DNA from: Bigelowiella natans CCMP2755
Lineage: Eukaryota > Protista > Cercozoa
Direction of reading: 5' to 3'
Length of the DNA stretch: 64,000 nt
NCBI GenBank assembly: GCA_000320545.1
Contig: ADNK01000436.1
Span: 24,587-88,586, forward strand
Position numbers and translations under genes: made by a program. The notes beneath the pieces were generated by a model. That model was not told the DNA's origin. It searched no databases and worked only from the letters and a program-made list of their open reading frames with translations. This document shows, piece by piece, positions 24,727 to 37,532 of this stretch. Each line of letters begins with the position of its first letter. The first letter of the stretch is position 1.

Positions 24727-25423
24727 TCAACATGGACAAATTCCTGCAATGCACTTTCCCATTTTTGCAGGGATGCTAATCAAGTAGGCGGCGCAATCTG
24801 CGCAAGTGTTACACGCACAAGATCCTGATAGATGAGACGTGTGTGCACCAAAAGACATTCAGAATGGATGTGTTAGACGATTTCAAAGAAGAAGAACATG
24901 ACGTCAAGGCAAAATCCAGCATCCAAATCTTAGCAAAAGACAACGACAGACGAAAATAACCTGGGCAGGGACAGGTAACAATGCAAACAAAAGCTCTCAG
25001 CGCAAACCCGAATGCCCAACAGAAGAGGGCAACAACAGAGAAAAACAACATCAGAATGCACCTGCAATGAGAAAGAATTTGTCAAATTTCTGCGCAGGTG
25101 TCGAGCATGATTGCATTCAAATACCCACATGGACCCTTTGTGTACAAATATGGACAGCATTCAGGATCATCGTCGTCTCCTCCTTCAAGACGTTCTTCAA
25201 ATGCATCTTCCACAGAAGCTGTCACCCACAGTGTGCACACGAGCCAATCAGAACAATTTCTTTTTCATCATCGATTGTTTGGCACTAGAGATCTAAAAAA
25301 TGGAATTAATAAGATGACACCTTCAACCGAAACACTCACAGTTGCGACATTATCGTCCAAGCACTTGTCTGCTTCATCGGCGTGATCGTTGACTTCTAGT
25401 GGCGGGAGCTGCACGTCCATCAT
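24727..25423 (-). CDS. Cys-rich TAXIMIN-like small membrane protein with acidic N-terminal extension
   Basis: Four phase-consistent exons (25423-25321, 25218-25125, 25061-24961, 24824-24727) give ...ECCPYLYTKGPCGCILMLFFSVVALFCWAFGFALRAFVCIVTCPCPGSCACNTCADCAAYLISIPAKMGKCIAGICPC*. Not seen as a single ORF in the supplied track. Confidence 0.7.
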
Positions 25424-25794
25424 TTCACAGATCTTCGAGTGCACGAAGGAAGTGCTGTTGTTTTTAAGACACATCTACGCCGGGGACCAACAATTCATAG
25501 CTCTCTTCCTCGCAAATTAACGAGAATAGGCAAGCCGTTTGGCCCAAATCGCCGCCGTATCAGTCCTTCTTCCCCGCTGCGTTCGCGAGCTCACCGCAGC
25601 ACTGAAATGCGCTGGCAAAAAGCGCAGTTAGAAGTTGGTGCTGGCTCCACAGGTGGGATCTGAAAACATGCGGACGACAACTGAAAAACGTTGTCGTAGA
25701 TAAAAAAAAAGGCTGAGTTTTTTAGGAAAAAAAACAGCCGTTGTTCTCCCGATACTAGTGTCGAATTGGAGTAACCTCTGTCTGCCCAGCATCA

Positions 25795-26748
25795 ATGGCT
25801 CGGCTCTGCTGTGTGATCCTCCTCCCCCTCCTCCTTTCGGACGCCACGGCTACCCGGTATATCCGTGGCCGGGGCCCCGCTGCTGCATCCGTAAGGACGA
25901 GAATCTCCGGCTGCTTTGGGAGAATGACAAGGACCATGATGCAAAGAAGGACACATGCAGGTAAGACCCCACCCCCTCCCATACGATCATTCTCGACGAC
26001 GACTCAGTTTCTTTCGGTTGCAACGGCTCTTGGCAGGTCTCGTTGCTGTTCAATCCTCGGAAAAACAGGGCGACAAGGACGACGGAGACGATAAAAACGT
26101 CGTCCCCATGGATGAAGGGATGGCTATGCTCGGAAACGAGCCGACGGGACCACTTGCGTGCCTGCTCGTCGGCTTCAATCCCGGAGAGAAGAAAGCGTTC
26201 GAGGACATGATGGCAGGAATGGATGCAGACATCGTGGACATAGTAGTGGCTAATCAGGTTGTATTGGCCTTGGCCGCTGTAGTGTAAAAACCATTGAGAA
26301 TGATGCACACCTTCAATGTATGGCCACTTTTGTCTGCAAAAAACGTGTTTGTCTCATCCTTTCGGTTGTATTGTAGCTCGATCGGACGCTCGAGGAATCA
26401 CTAGAAATACCATTCGACGAGCCTCCAAGTGGTTAGATGTCTAGATGTGGTCTAAAGAAGGAGGAAATTATAAATGATGAATATTCAGTTGGAAGGATGT
26501 TGATGATGATGATGATGAAATCACAATTCTATTCTATAATTCTCATATCGATCGTGCGAATTAACCCCCCCCCCCTCCCCTTCTTTTCATACTGAAATAT
26601 GCAGACAACGTGATAGGCCAGAACAAGCGCATCGTATTTCTCTCCGGAATGTAATACCGCAAGAATGAATTATGTTAATTTGCCAATTGCACACTTTTTA
26701 CCTACATGCAAACTCTTCCCCTCCGCTCTATTTATTCGGAGATCAGTC

Positions 26749-26788
<40 letters not shown>

Positions 26789-27388
26789 CGTATTCATTTG
26801 TATGGATGTCTATATATGCGAAATGCTCAATAATATTGAGTAGTTAATAACTTAGCAATGCATAGCCGATGAGTCTCTGTCTATCGCCGTTCTGTTTCCT
26901 TAATATTATCTTTACACGATGATACTATTTTCAAACAGGTACTCTGGTGAGATACAAGAGGTGATGGCAGCGTATGACGAGAGCGACTTGCCATTCACTC
27001 TTTGGGCGATGGCGGTTCCCAACTCAATGAAGAAGGTATATACAGCAGAAACTACGCGTAATATCTCCTCCTCACTTCCCCTCCGTAAGTGGGGGGGAGA
27101 TAAAAAAATGAATTTCACGTCAATATATGCTTTAAGAAGCGATGTTTCAGCATAAATTGCTTTGCACCATCTGTGTAGCTATCCTGAATTGTTCGATTCC
27201 TTTGCGTTAAACCTCACTAACAATACTCTACAACTTCTCGCTTCCTTGCTATTCGCTAAATGCAGCCTCTCCGAAGCCTAGTGACAGAAATCATGAACGA
27301 CGCTGCGTGGATGATTGCTAAAGAAGAGGAAGTAGCAGCAGAGGCAGAGGCTGCGAGAATAGACGAAGGACTTAGAACTGTCGAATGA
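25795..27388 (+). CDS. DUF3783-domain protein with bipartite (signal + transit-like) plastid-targeting leader
   Basis: MARLCCVILLPLLLSDATA signal peptide, R-rich transit-like segment, then GPLACLLVGF...KRIVFLSGM|YSGEIQEVMAAYDESDLPFTLWAMAVPNSMKK|PLRSLVTEIMND, the DUF3783 pattern. TGA 27386-27388. Confidence 0.8.
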
Positions 27389-27743
27389 ACACTACGCATA
27401 TACCAAACATGCACTAGATGCGCGTCGTTGCTGCAGCATATATGCTCACGAAATTTTGGCATAACTACCACATGTGTCAGAGTCGCAGTGTACATGATAT
27501 ATATATTAACATTTTGTAGCAGGCAGCTTTCCGCTTGTTATATTTTGGTTGCGATGTATCTATATATTGCGTTTCATGCTCCGCGTGCGTCCGTGAGAGT
27601 TTTTTGCTGCTGAGTAGCTACAATCAAGAGAACGACGAAGCTATGTTTGGCGCATTTCTTTTTTTTTGGAACGACGCAATTCATGGAAAGTACGTCTGCT
27701 TCTCTTCCAGGCAGTACGATGCGTTGGCCTTTATTTGTTAGTT

Positions 27744-28982
27744 TCAGTCAAACACAAGCGTCTGTGCCCTTTGAATTCCAGACACAGTAACGTTCTTGTG
27801 CTCATCCCAGAGCGTCCTAAGTGCCTTCATGTAATCTTGGTGCACCTGCATACGCGCACAGATGAATGGTGTAGAATGGCTGACGAATGATATAATGTGC
27901 GTGCAGCCGCACGAAATCGAAAAAGGCATGGGAAAGAGAAGTGGTGGCGATCATGATGATGATGATGATAACGTTTTCAACCTCTTGCACGATTTTCCTT
28001 CCCTCATCCGAGTTTCTGGTAGGAAGTAGGTTGGTACAAGCGTGAGTTGGTAGGCAAGGCAACGAGGGCGACAATTCATGGAATAATAACAGTGAACCGG
28101 AACACAATTTAAATATAAATATGTGTATAAATTTTTAGTTTGCAATTGATATACTGTGCGTGCGTGTGTGTGTGTGTGTGTGTGTGTGTTATCGATCAGA
28201 TCTCCCTGGGAAGAAGAGAATCGTGATTTCCTTTGTGCTGCTGTGTTGTTATAAGTAGCGTGCAAATCTGGTAATATTTCAATAGTAGTAGTCGTAGTAG
28301 TTATTGCTGTTGTAGCAGCCCATTATACCTCTCGCACCCACGGTGTTTTGAAGTTAAGCTTCAGCGTCAAAAGCCTGAAGATCGAGAGAGAAGGGGGGAG
28401 GAGGGGTAGGAGGAAGTGAGTGGAGGCACGGACATGGTGATGATCATGCGTATTGTTTCATATGATAATTAATGATGATGATGATGATGATGATGATAAT
28501 GATGATGGGGACTGCTGTCGAAAACACACACTCACACACACATATGACAATACGCATGGTGTAGTATATATCAGTGATTTTCATGTTGTAGTTTCCCGCC
28601 TCACCTGTGGTCAATGCCAGGGAACTTCTCCGAAAATCCAAGGGCCTAAAATACATAAATGTATTGTATATGTGTGCATATAAATATTTATGTATATATA
28701 TATATGTGTGTATATATGTGCATATATAGGTGCGACATAGTTGTAGGACATGTGGCACCATACGAGAGAAAGAGTACTGCGCTCATGGCAAAACGCATCA
28801 TTCTCATCGTCATCATCATTGTTATTGCCATTCCTGTAATAATTCACTTTACATCCGTTGCGAATGTTCCCCACGCACCCAGCGACAGGATGCCTTCAAT
28901 TTGAGAAGGAGGGGGAGGAGGAGGAGGAGGAAGAGGATTTGATATGCAAAAGTAGAAGTAAGAAGAGGAAGCAGAACTAGAG

Positions 28983-29018
<36 letters not shown>

Positions 29019-29141
29019 TTGGTAGTGAGTAGCAGTAGCCTCCAGGTTGCGGAAATGAGTTCGGTAGCAACTTGAGAGAAAGAGAGAAAGAGAGAAAGAG
29101 GGAAGAGAGAGAGGGGGAGAGAGAAAATGGCTGAGGTAAAA

Positions 29142-29186
<45 letters not shown>

Positions 29187-30358
29187 CACACCCACATGCA
29201 CATAGTATACCGTGCGGATGATAGCAGAAGACATACTTTTTCTTCGGAGATATATCGACTGTTTTTTCCTGTAAATAAAGGAGCCGATGTTGATAATGAT
29301 GACCATGGGGGGGAACAGTGCGGTGAATTCGCTTCAAACGCTGTGACTCGATAGGCTATTTTAATGCTGTTCTAGACCTACGTGTTTTTCCATCTTGGTC
29401 ATCTTCGTCATCATCATCATCATCATCATCGTCATCATCATCATCATCATCGTCATCATCATCATCATCATCATCATCCTCACAAGATGGACATGGAAAG
29501 GAGAAGAGAAGTGGAGGAAGAGGAAGAGGTAGAAGGAAGGAAGAGAATAGGCCTCTTCTTCTTCTTCTTCTTCTTCTTCTTCTTCTTCTTTTCAGGGTAC
29601 CAGTCGCATCGGGAAGTAATCGACAAATAATTTCCAGATCGGCAGCTTTCGGAGAAAAGGCGTGCGGTTGCCTATAAATGGTGGCAAAAACATTAGCAGC
29701 CGTGGTAGCGATACTACGTGGAAGAACAACACATTCAGACCTCCAATAAAATATGCATTAGACACAAGATTGCGCTGCGTACGCTCTCCATTCTTTCTTA
29801 CCCCTCCCTCTCCCCCCCCCCCCCTCCCCCTCTCTCTCTATCTATCTCTCTCTGCGACCACCTCTCGACGAGGAGTCATCGTAGAAGAGACTCCAAATGA
29901 GATAAACTATGAATGGCACGTTGAGGATAGGAACTAGCATCATAGAGAGCGTGAAACCCCATGCCTAGAGATAACGAAGAGAGAGAGAAAGAGAAAGCTT
30001 CTTAGCTTGGGGGAGGAATATGATTCTCCCCTCATCTCTCGGTGTGCGAAAGACTTGAAAGGAGGCGACTGCAACTTATTACCACAAAGGAGAGGGGCAG
30101 CACCATCAAAGCTAAGTAGACTGTTGTTATTTGAGGAGGAGGAAGAGGAGGAAGAGGTGAAGGAATATATTGGAGAATGAGACATGAGAAGGGGGGGGGG
30201 GGGGAGAGAGAGAGAGAGAGAGAGAGAGAGGACAAGACGACGAAGAACAAGGCAGCAGACCCCAACAGCGAGAATACTTATGTATATTATACAAAATGTA
30301 TTGAAAGCGAGTGCGTGTGTGTGTGTGTGTGTCTGTGTGTAATTGACAAATAAAGAAG

Positions 30359-30399
<41 letters not shown>

Positions 30400-32373
30400 G
30401 ACGCGTTGATCAGAAATGTCGTGTGTTATAAAGTAGTAACTCGAAGAAGAAGGAGAAGAACAAGAACAAGAACAAGAACAAGACAAGGAGGAGGAGAAAG
30501 CAGAAGAAGGTATAGATAAAACCAGTCAGAGACTGGAATCTCCGCTCCCAAGAGTAGCTAAGATACAACATAGCCACAACATTTATTACATCGTACGCTT
30601 ACGCGTGTGCGCGTATGTGTGTGTGTGTGTGTGTGGATAAATACAAGAAACTACTGCTATCTTCAAAAATCTCCAAAGAAGGGTGGGGGAGGCAGTTGCG
30701 AACATGGGAGGAGAACTGTACATATATGTTCTCTCCCGACGGCTTCGTCCCTCCCGTTCATCATGCGGCATCTTTCCCTTTACACCCCTCCTACATCAAC
30801 TATCTCGTGGTACGGAGAAGGGGAAAGGCTGTCGTTACTCCCCTCCCTACGAGTAGTATCTCTGCGTAGACTGCTGTGCCTAACACTCCTTGCAAGCAAT
30901 ACCCTATGTCAAAGCCGAACATGTTGCTAGGCACTCGCTGTAGCTGAGAACCAAAGGTAATGGGAGAAGAAGAAGAAGAAGGAGGACCACGATGGATCAA
31001 ATCAGTCATCGCATGGACTTCGCTTCTATACAAGTACTCTGGGATGGGATCGCTGCGCGCCATCGTTTTCGTGTTGCTGCTGTTGTGCCCTTTCCTAAGC
31101 AACATGAAGCAGCACCGCGCTCGGTCTTGAGCAACGCACCTCGATTGATGCCTTCTCCTCCTCCTGCAGGCAAGTGATTAGCTGCTCCCCTTGTTTCGTG
31201 AGGATTTTCAACCTGTTCGCATTGCGTATACACGTGTGCGTTTGCGTTCGTGTCTGTGTTGCGCATCGGAATGCGGATGGTAGGGGAGGGGAAAGAGGTG
31301 AAACCTGGAGGGCGCCGTAATGAGAATACAGCGAACGAAAGGGGTGATTACGGGAAGTTAACGTATTCTTGCAAGGCCTTCCATCTTCATATTTTGTGTG
31401 TTTTTTGGTGTGTTATAAATGCTGCTGCTGCTGCTGCTACTGATATCACAATTATATTTTTTAATCCGTGAAGCTACCCATTGACAGAAAGCAGCTTGCC
31501 GGACATATTGAACAGAACAACTCTCGGCCTGCCCCCGGGGACGTATCTGCTCGTTTCCACAGCACACACACACACACACATGTCTAAAAAGAGCCACTCA
31601 CATTAGTGAAACTAAGCATGAAGAGGTAAATCACTCCGGTGATAAGTGAAGGTTAAGGGAGGGGAGAGATTGCTGAGACAAATTACCTGATTTTGTCCTT
31701 TTCGAGCAGTTTCGATACGGGAGAGTTCTCGGCAATGAAGTCGGTGCTGCTGAAGGGGATACTGAACCATGGCATCCCCTTACGATGTCTGAGTAATAAA
31801 TACATGCGAAAATTATGTGGGTGCTTATGTGAGGCTCTTGTACATTATACGACGGCGCGGAATTAGATAAAATCTATCATCACCACGCAAGGAAACGACG
31901 AAGGAAGGAGGGGGCGGGACTACGGAGAGAAATAGACATTTAAATAGATTTAAAACCTTTGGAATTCTTCCTCAGTCTTATCGTGTGTTATGAAAACGAT
32001 TTGGAGGTTTCCAAGGTGGCGTGTGGCAAGCTGGTGATAGATCTCGACTAGTCTCTTCTGATGACCCTCGCTCACGGACGAGAGTGATGCGACATAAAAG
32101 GCGACAATGTCCGCCTCTCTTAGAGCAATCTTTGCATCGACCAGCTTCCCTAATCGATGAAGGTAGAGGGAAAGGGGGAGAGGACGAGCACGAGTGATTG
32201 TAAATAGTGAGGAATTAGTTTTTACAACTCAATTCCGAAATGGGGGGATAAGCGCAACGCTGTATTGCATCCTCCCTACCACGAAAATGATCTCAAAGCA
32301 CATAATTACATGAACCTGATGGAGACAGAAGGTTCGGTCCTGTATATCGGCTCAGCGGTGATCCGCTCTTCAT
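27744..32373 (-). CDS. DGAT2/MGAT-family acyltransferase with N-terminal nucleoredoxin-like thioredoxin fold
   Basis: DGAT2 motifs RTPFLRKLPIWKLFVDYFPMRL, KKYVFCYHPHG (~29211-29240) and VHQDYMKALRTLWDEHK. Upstream exons from ATG 32373 give a nucleoredoxin/tryparedoxin-like domain (IVAFYVASLSSVS...LVEIYHQL...LQIVFITHDKTEEEFQRHRKGMPWFSIPF...GRPRVVLFNMSG). Confidence 0.75.
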
Positions 32374-32726
32374 GACCGGAGGTGGGGGGGAACTCTGTTT
32401 CCAGGAGAGCGCGTATCCCAACCTGGTACAGAACTGCGTAAAACGCCCTGCGTTTGCCTGCTGTTGCGAACGCGAAAACTTGCATAAAAACTCTGGATTT
32501 TTTTAGACAATTTTTCAAGGTTTGCGAGAAGATAATATCATGTACATGAAGCGGGCGGCATTTCCACCAGATCATCAGACTGAACCTGTAAATGGAGTAA
32601 AAACGACCGGGCGTTTCCCCATTCGATCTTATTCGTCATACAAGTATCCGCAAGTTATGGAGTTCATACCTGTATTCTAGATCTAACGGCAGGTCTGCCG
32701 AAATCGTCAGGGGGTTACCCAGAGCT

Positions 32727-34042
32727 ATGAGCAACCAGTATCGCGTCCAGCTGAACGGGGATGATGGCGAGCGCCCTGGATCCAACCGCAAAGATTCGTT
32801 ATGCTTACGGCCGAGGGTGTCTATTTTAGCCGTTGTTGGAGTCGTCTTCATCTTGTTCATGGCTTTCGCGGTCCCATTGATTGTGGTTTCCTCTAAAAAG
32901 GAGAGCGATAACGACGGGAATTCGAGTACGTATTATCTCTCTCCCCTTCCCCCCTTCTTCCCTCATGTAAAGGACCTTTTCGTTAAAACCCAATCGATGT
33001 ACGCTTGCATTTTGAACTAGGTGCTTGCCCCCTGCTCCCCGCGGAAGATGCAGCTGTTGAGTCGACCAGTTTCAGCGAAATTACAGTATTTAGCGATGAG
33101 TTTTACCAGTACGCTGATCGAGGAGTGACAATGGAGCTTCTCTCCCTTGCTCCTTACAGCTACGGCTATCTAGAAGGGCCTCTCTGGGATGAAGAAACGC
33201 AATCTGTGCTATTCTCTGATGTTGCTGGAAACTCGATATATTCGTGGAACAATCGCACTGGTGTGAGCGTCTTTCTTCGTCCTGCTGGATATATAGGCGC
33301 CCTGACTAATGCTGGTGTCCCCTTCCCTGGTCCAAATGGGCAGATCTTCGGTAGCACCAACAATGGCCGCAAACACGTCTTTTGCCAACAGGGAGAAGCC
33401 CGCATCGTAGAGGTCTCCATCCTGGAAAGCTTCACTCCAATTGCAGAGGAATACGACGGGAAGAAATTTCTTTCCCCGAACGATGTCGTACAGGACGACT
33501 TTGGATGGTATTGGTTCACTGACCTTAACATTGGAAGACTAGGCAATGCCGACCGCGTCAACGTTACGGGTGTCTACGCGGCGAAGAACGGGACTGTGGT
33601 TCGTGTGATTGACGATGTGGTGAATCCCAATGGCATCGCCCACTCAAGCGACAACTCGGTGCTTGTGAGTCAGTCAGGAAATATGTCCTCGAATTCTATA
33701 GCCATCGCCTGGAAGTACTATTTCGAGAGGATCCCTGCGCTTGACAACCAACCTGTGAGTACGACAAATCGAACGGTGTTCATTGATGCAACTCCATTTC
33801 GGGCACAGTACGGGTGGATAGGGCATGGTGATGGGATGAAGTTGGACCAGTTTGGGAACGCTTGGATGGCCATGCCCGGTGGTATTCTCTGCGTGAATAA
33901 ACAAGGGGAGCTCTTAGCCCGGCTCGACGTACAGGCGACAGCGACTAACGTATGGATTGCATCTGGTGGGGGGCGGCAGCCTTACATATACTTCACAACC
34001 GCGACACCAAATCGATTAATTCGACTTCGTTTGAAAGCGTAG
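32727..34042 (+). CDS. SMP-30/gluconolactonase family beta-propeller with N-terminal signal anchor
   Basis: Exon 1 (32727-32925) encodes a TM segment (ILAVVGVVFILFMAFAVPLIVV). Intron 32926-33020. Exon 2 has LEGPLW, FSDV, GPNG, FLSPNDVV, WFTD, PNGIAHS and GDGMKLDQFGN motifs. Confidence 0.9.
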
Positions 34043-35093
34043 CTGGCAATTAGAGGATAGCTTACTCGCAGATGCGAAGCCAGTGCCAGATGATGATACC
34101 TTCCTTCCTGCTTATATGAGAAGGATGTAATGATATGATTAAATCTTTTCAATTGTCCTCCTAATGTAGCTATGCAATGCGGCGGCAAAAGTGCTAATGT
34201 TGTGTCTATTGGTTGTGTACTGACACTTATATGTAGCTTGTCGTATTTGTCGTATTTTCACCAGTGTGTAAGACATGTTTTTGTCTGCTAGCATCAATGT
34301 ACGTGAAATAAGAAAACATCGATCGCATGGTGAAGAATTTGCGCAAGCGTATTTTGTAGGGACTTATTCTACATAAACCATGCACATGAAGGCGCCGTAA
34401 ACAATTTCATATGCAACACGAATATACGCTGCAGTCGTAGGTGCACATGCTAGCTACGCACGCTACATTCTGTTAGCTTTTGCTCATTGACATTTGCATC
34501 AAAATGAACAAGCATCTATTGTTAATTGCAGTGATCAAATACATCATCTTTGTATTGTAAATGAAAAATCTGCTGCACTAGTGCGTACGTAGCGGCATAT
34601 CACACATGTAATGAATGTTACGACGTATCGCTGCATTGCTTGATTGCTTGCACATACGTAAGCCTAGATCACCTATGCTGCCCGTCAATAAGAGGAATGC
34701 ATGATGTATTATTCCGAGCACAACTGGTGCATGTGTTGCTAACTTCCAAGCCGCCGCCAGCGGCTTGTTATAGCTATGTCGAACTACATGCGATATCTAA
34801 CCAAGCCAGGTGCGCAACAAGAGGGAGCCTTAAATGAGAATAGTGAGAAGATACTGTACTAAACGAACGTTCAGTGGTAAGGTTAAGATTCTAGGATTGT
34901 CGTACTGGATAAATTGATAGCCATTAGTGTGAGTAGGACATTGAAGCGATCTGCAAATCATGGATTCTTCGGACCCGTCTGAGCTCCTTCAATGAGTTTG
35001 AACCTCAGTAAATACCCTTTTTGCAGTATTTTGCTGTTAATGGGAGTATGCACATCTCACACCGGCGGCATTGAAAACATTAAAATGTTCCGC

Positions 35094-35483
35094 TTATTTC
35101 CCGCATCGCTGACATTCCCATTCCTGGTCGTCCAAAGGACACACGCTTCGTGTCTTCAGCCATCGTTCTATACAATGAAAATGGAATGCGTGCTGACACA
35201 CGCCCCATGCTATTGTACAATCAGCACTTTGAGACTGATTTGCTTGGCACTCTATGCACAGCTCCATGAGAAGGTTTCTGCAGATGGCACAGACGTTAAC
35301 CTCGATATCCCATGTCCACATGGCCACTGCATTCCACTTCTTCAGCTCTACTCTCCGCGCCTGCGAAGGCTGTTTACGAAAGTACAGTACAACCAATGTT
35401 TAATGACAGACAAATTGCAGAAGTATTTGCATACACATTGTATGTATGATAAAATTAAGTAAATATAAATATAAATATGTGCG

Positions 35484-35522
<39 letters not shown>

Positions 35523-35702
35523 CTTCCATTCCATTTACCCAAAGATATCTCTCCTCTCAAATAGATAAACTTGATTCATTACAATGTTTTTGATATTTTT
35601 TTTCTTCTTGGTTTCTGAGGGAGATATCTTGGAGGGAGCGGCGGCGGTGGCGGCGTCGGCAGCAGCAGTGTCTGCACCAGGAGCTTTTTTGCTCGCATCC
35701 AT
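35094..35702 (-). CDS. RBX1: RING-box protein (RING-H2, SCF/CRL subunit)
   Basis: Exon 1 is 35702-35583 and exon 2 is 35360-35094: [34 protein letters not shown]...[30 protein letters not shown]. Confidence 0.95.
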
Positions 35703-36377
35703 CGTAGGGAGGGGCGAAAGATGGGGTGACTGTTTGATGGAGATACATCGAAAAACATTTATGCAAATTCAAAATCCAACCTTATCCTACATAGTCCATC
35801 TGCGACAGTCCTTCATATTTTCTACGATAAACCTTGCCTAAAAAATGGTCTAAAAAATGTTTGAGGCTGGGGAAATTTCCGGCGGCAGTCTCCCGACAAA
35901 GGACAGAACCGGTAAACAGAGACAAGGATTCCCTCGTCGCAGAGAAAATTTGGCCATCCGAACTTCGCATTGCTGTTTCCTAAATTCACAGCGGAAATAC
36001 TTCAGAACGCCCTGCGTTTCTACCTTTTACAGAGGTGAAACGCTCATCTCAGAGGCAGTTGCCGCGAAACGCCTCGATCCTACATGGGGCACTTGCAGGC
36101 AGAATTGCCGCGAGCGACAGCGCATATGTGCAATCTGAACGCAAAAGGGATTTGCACTATTCCTCCGAGAAGTTGTCTGCCCTCTTCAGGCCTGTATCGT
36201 ATTGCATATTGTTCGCCCATCCAGCACCTCGAGGTGGGGAGAGAAAGCGAGCACGAGAGTGGATAGGACGGAAATCCAGAACAAAACGATAGGGAAGCAG
36301 CATTCTGCGTCTGAAGGAAGAGAGGAAACCTACCAGAGACATATCAGCAACTTCTTCGAATTCGAAAGAAGAAACAG

Positions 36378-37483
36378 ATGGCGGCCTCCTCTTCCTCCTC
36401 GTCGATTCAGAGTCATGCGGAGGCGCAGACAGCAATACGCAACTTGTACGACATCCGTAATGTAGCTAGTGTTGTGACCTATCTATTCAGCCAAGTCTCC
36501 GAACTCAAGCGGCGACAGCAGCTTGACACCGATTTTCGGATAAACCGGTTGCAATCTCTGGGCAATCAGCTCGGACTGCCCCCTTATCCACAGCCACAAG
36601 GAGCTGGAGTAGGTGTAGCTAATGTTGATACAGGTGGTGACAAGAAAGGCGATGCGAAATCGGCTGCGGCCAACTCTGTTACAGTGGTGAAGGACTTGCT
36701 GGGGAATCCTGCGAAACCTCCCTCGGAGCCCGTCCCTCCAGAGATCGCCGCAATGCATGCTGCAGAGAATGCAATGGATAAGAAACTCGTTAATCGGATT
36801 GCTACCCTAGAGCGGGCAATGATGCTTGGAGAGGATGGACAAGACAGCGGCGATGACGGTAAAAGCTCCAGCAACAACGACGGCAGTAACGGTAGCAACG
36901 GTGACGAGAGGGTCAAAGCAATGCTGCAAATAAGAAGGCAGTTCATCCAGCTCTCGTTCCGGTTCGAGAAGCTGTGCAAGGAGGGAGAGGGGGAAAGGGA
37001 ATTATTCGCGAAGGGCACCATGCTCGCTTTCCAAAAAGACGTGGAAGGAATGAAAGATGAGTTGGACGGTTTTAAGAGGCGCCTTGAAGACATGGCGAGC
37101 GATGACGAAGATGAGAATTTCTCGGACGATGAGGAAGACTCTGATGACTCACAGGAGGGAGGACCGGTATGTGGTTTTGGTTCGTGAATAGTAATAGTAT
37201 GCATTATTCCGGCAAACGGCCATATAACGGCAAACGGCCATAAAGTATGCCCGTTTGTATTTGTGTCCTCTCTAAATGAGTGAAATAACAGACGAATATT
37301 CTCTTTCCTAACCGCAGCCTTAAATATGGTTAGGTTCAGTTTTCAGGTCAGCCGAGGGAGGCGGATCAGGGTGGTGAGGATGCCAAGAGTGACGTAGAAG
37401 ACATGGGAAGCGTCACTGAGCAACGGGCCGGGGACGAAGAGAACGAGGCCAACGTTACGGATGAGGTTCCGTTCATACACACA

Positions 37484-37532
<49 letters not shown>

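Noticed and set aside
36584-37204. 206-aa minus-strand ORF (likewise 7479-7919, 33166-33561, 54873-55304)
   Set aside because: Antisense shadows of well-supported exons on the opposite strand.
37210-37243. 18-bp tandem duplication (cggcaaacggccata..)
   Set aside because: Two copies in an intron, consistent with ordinary slippage.
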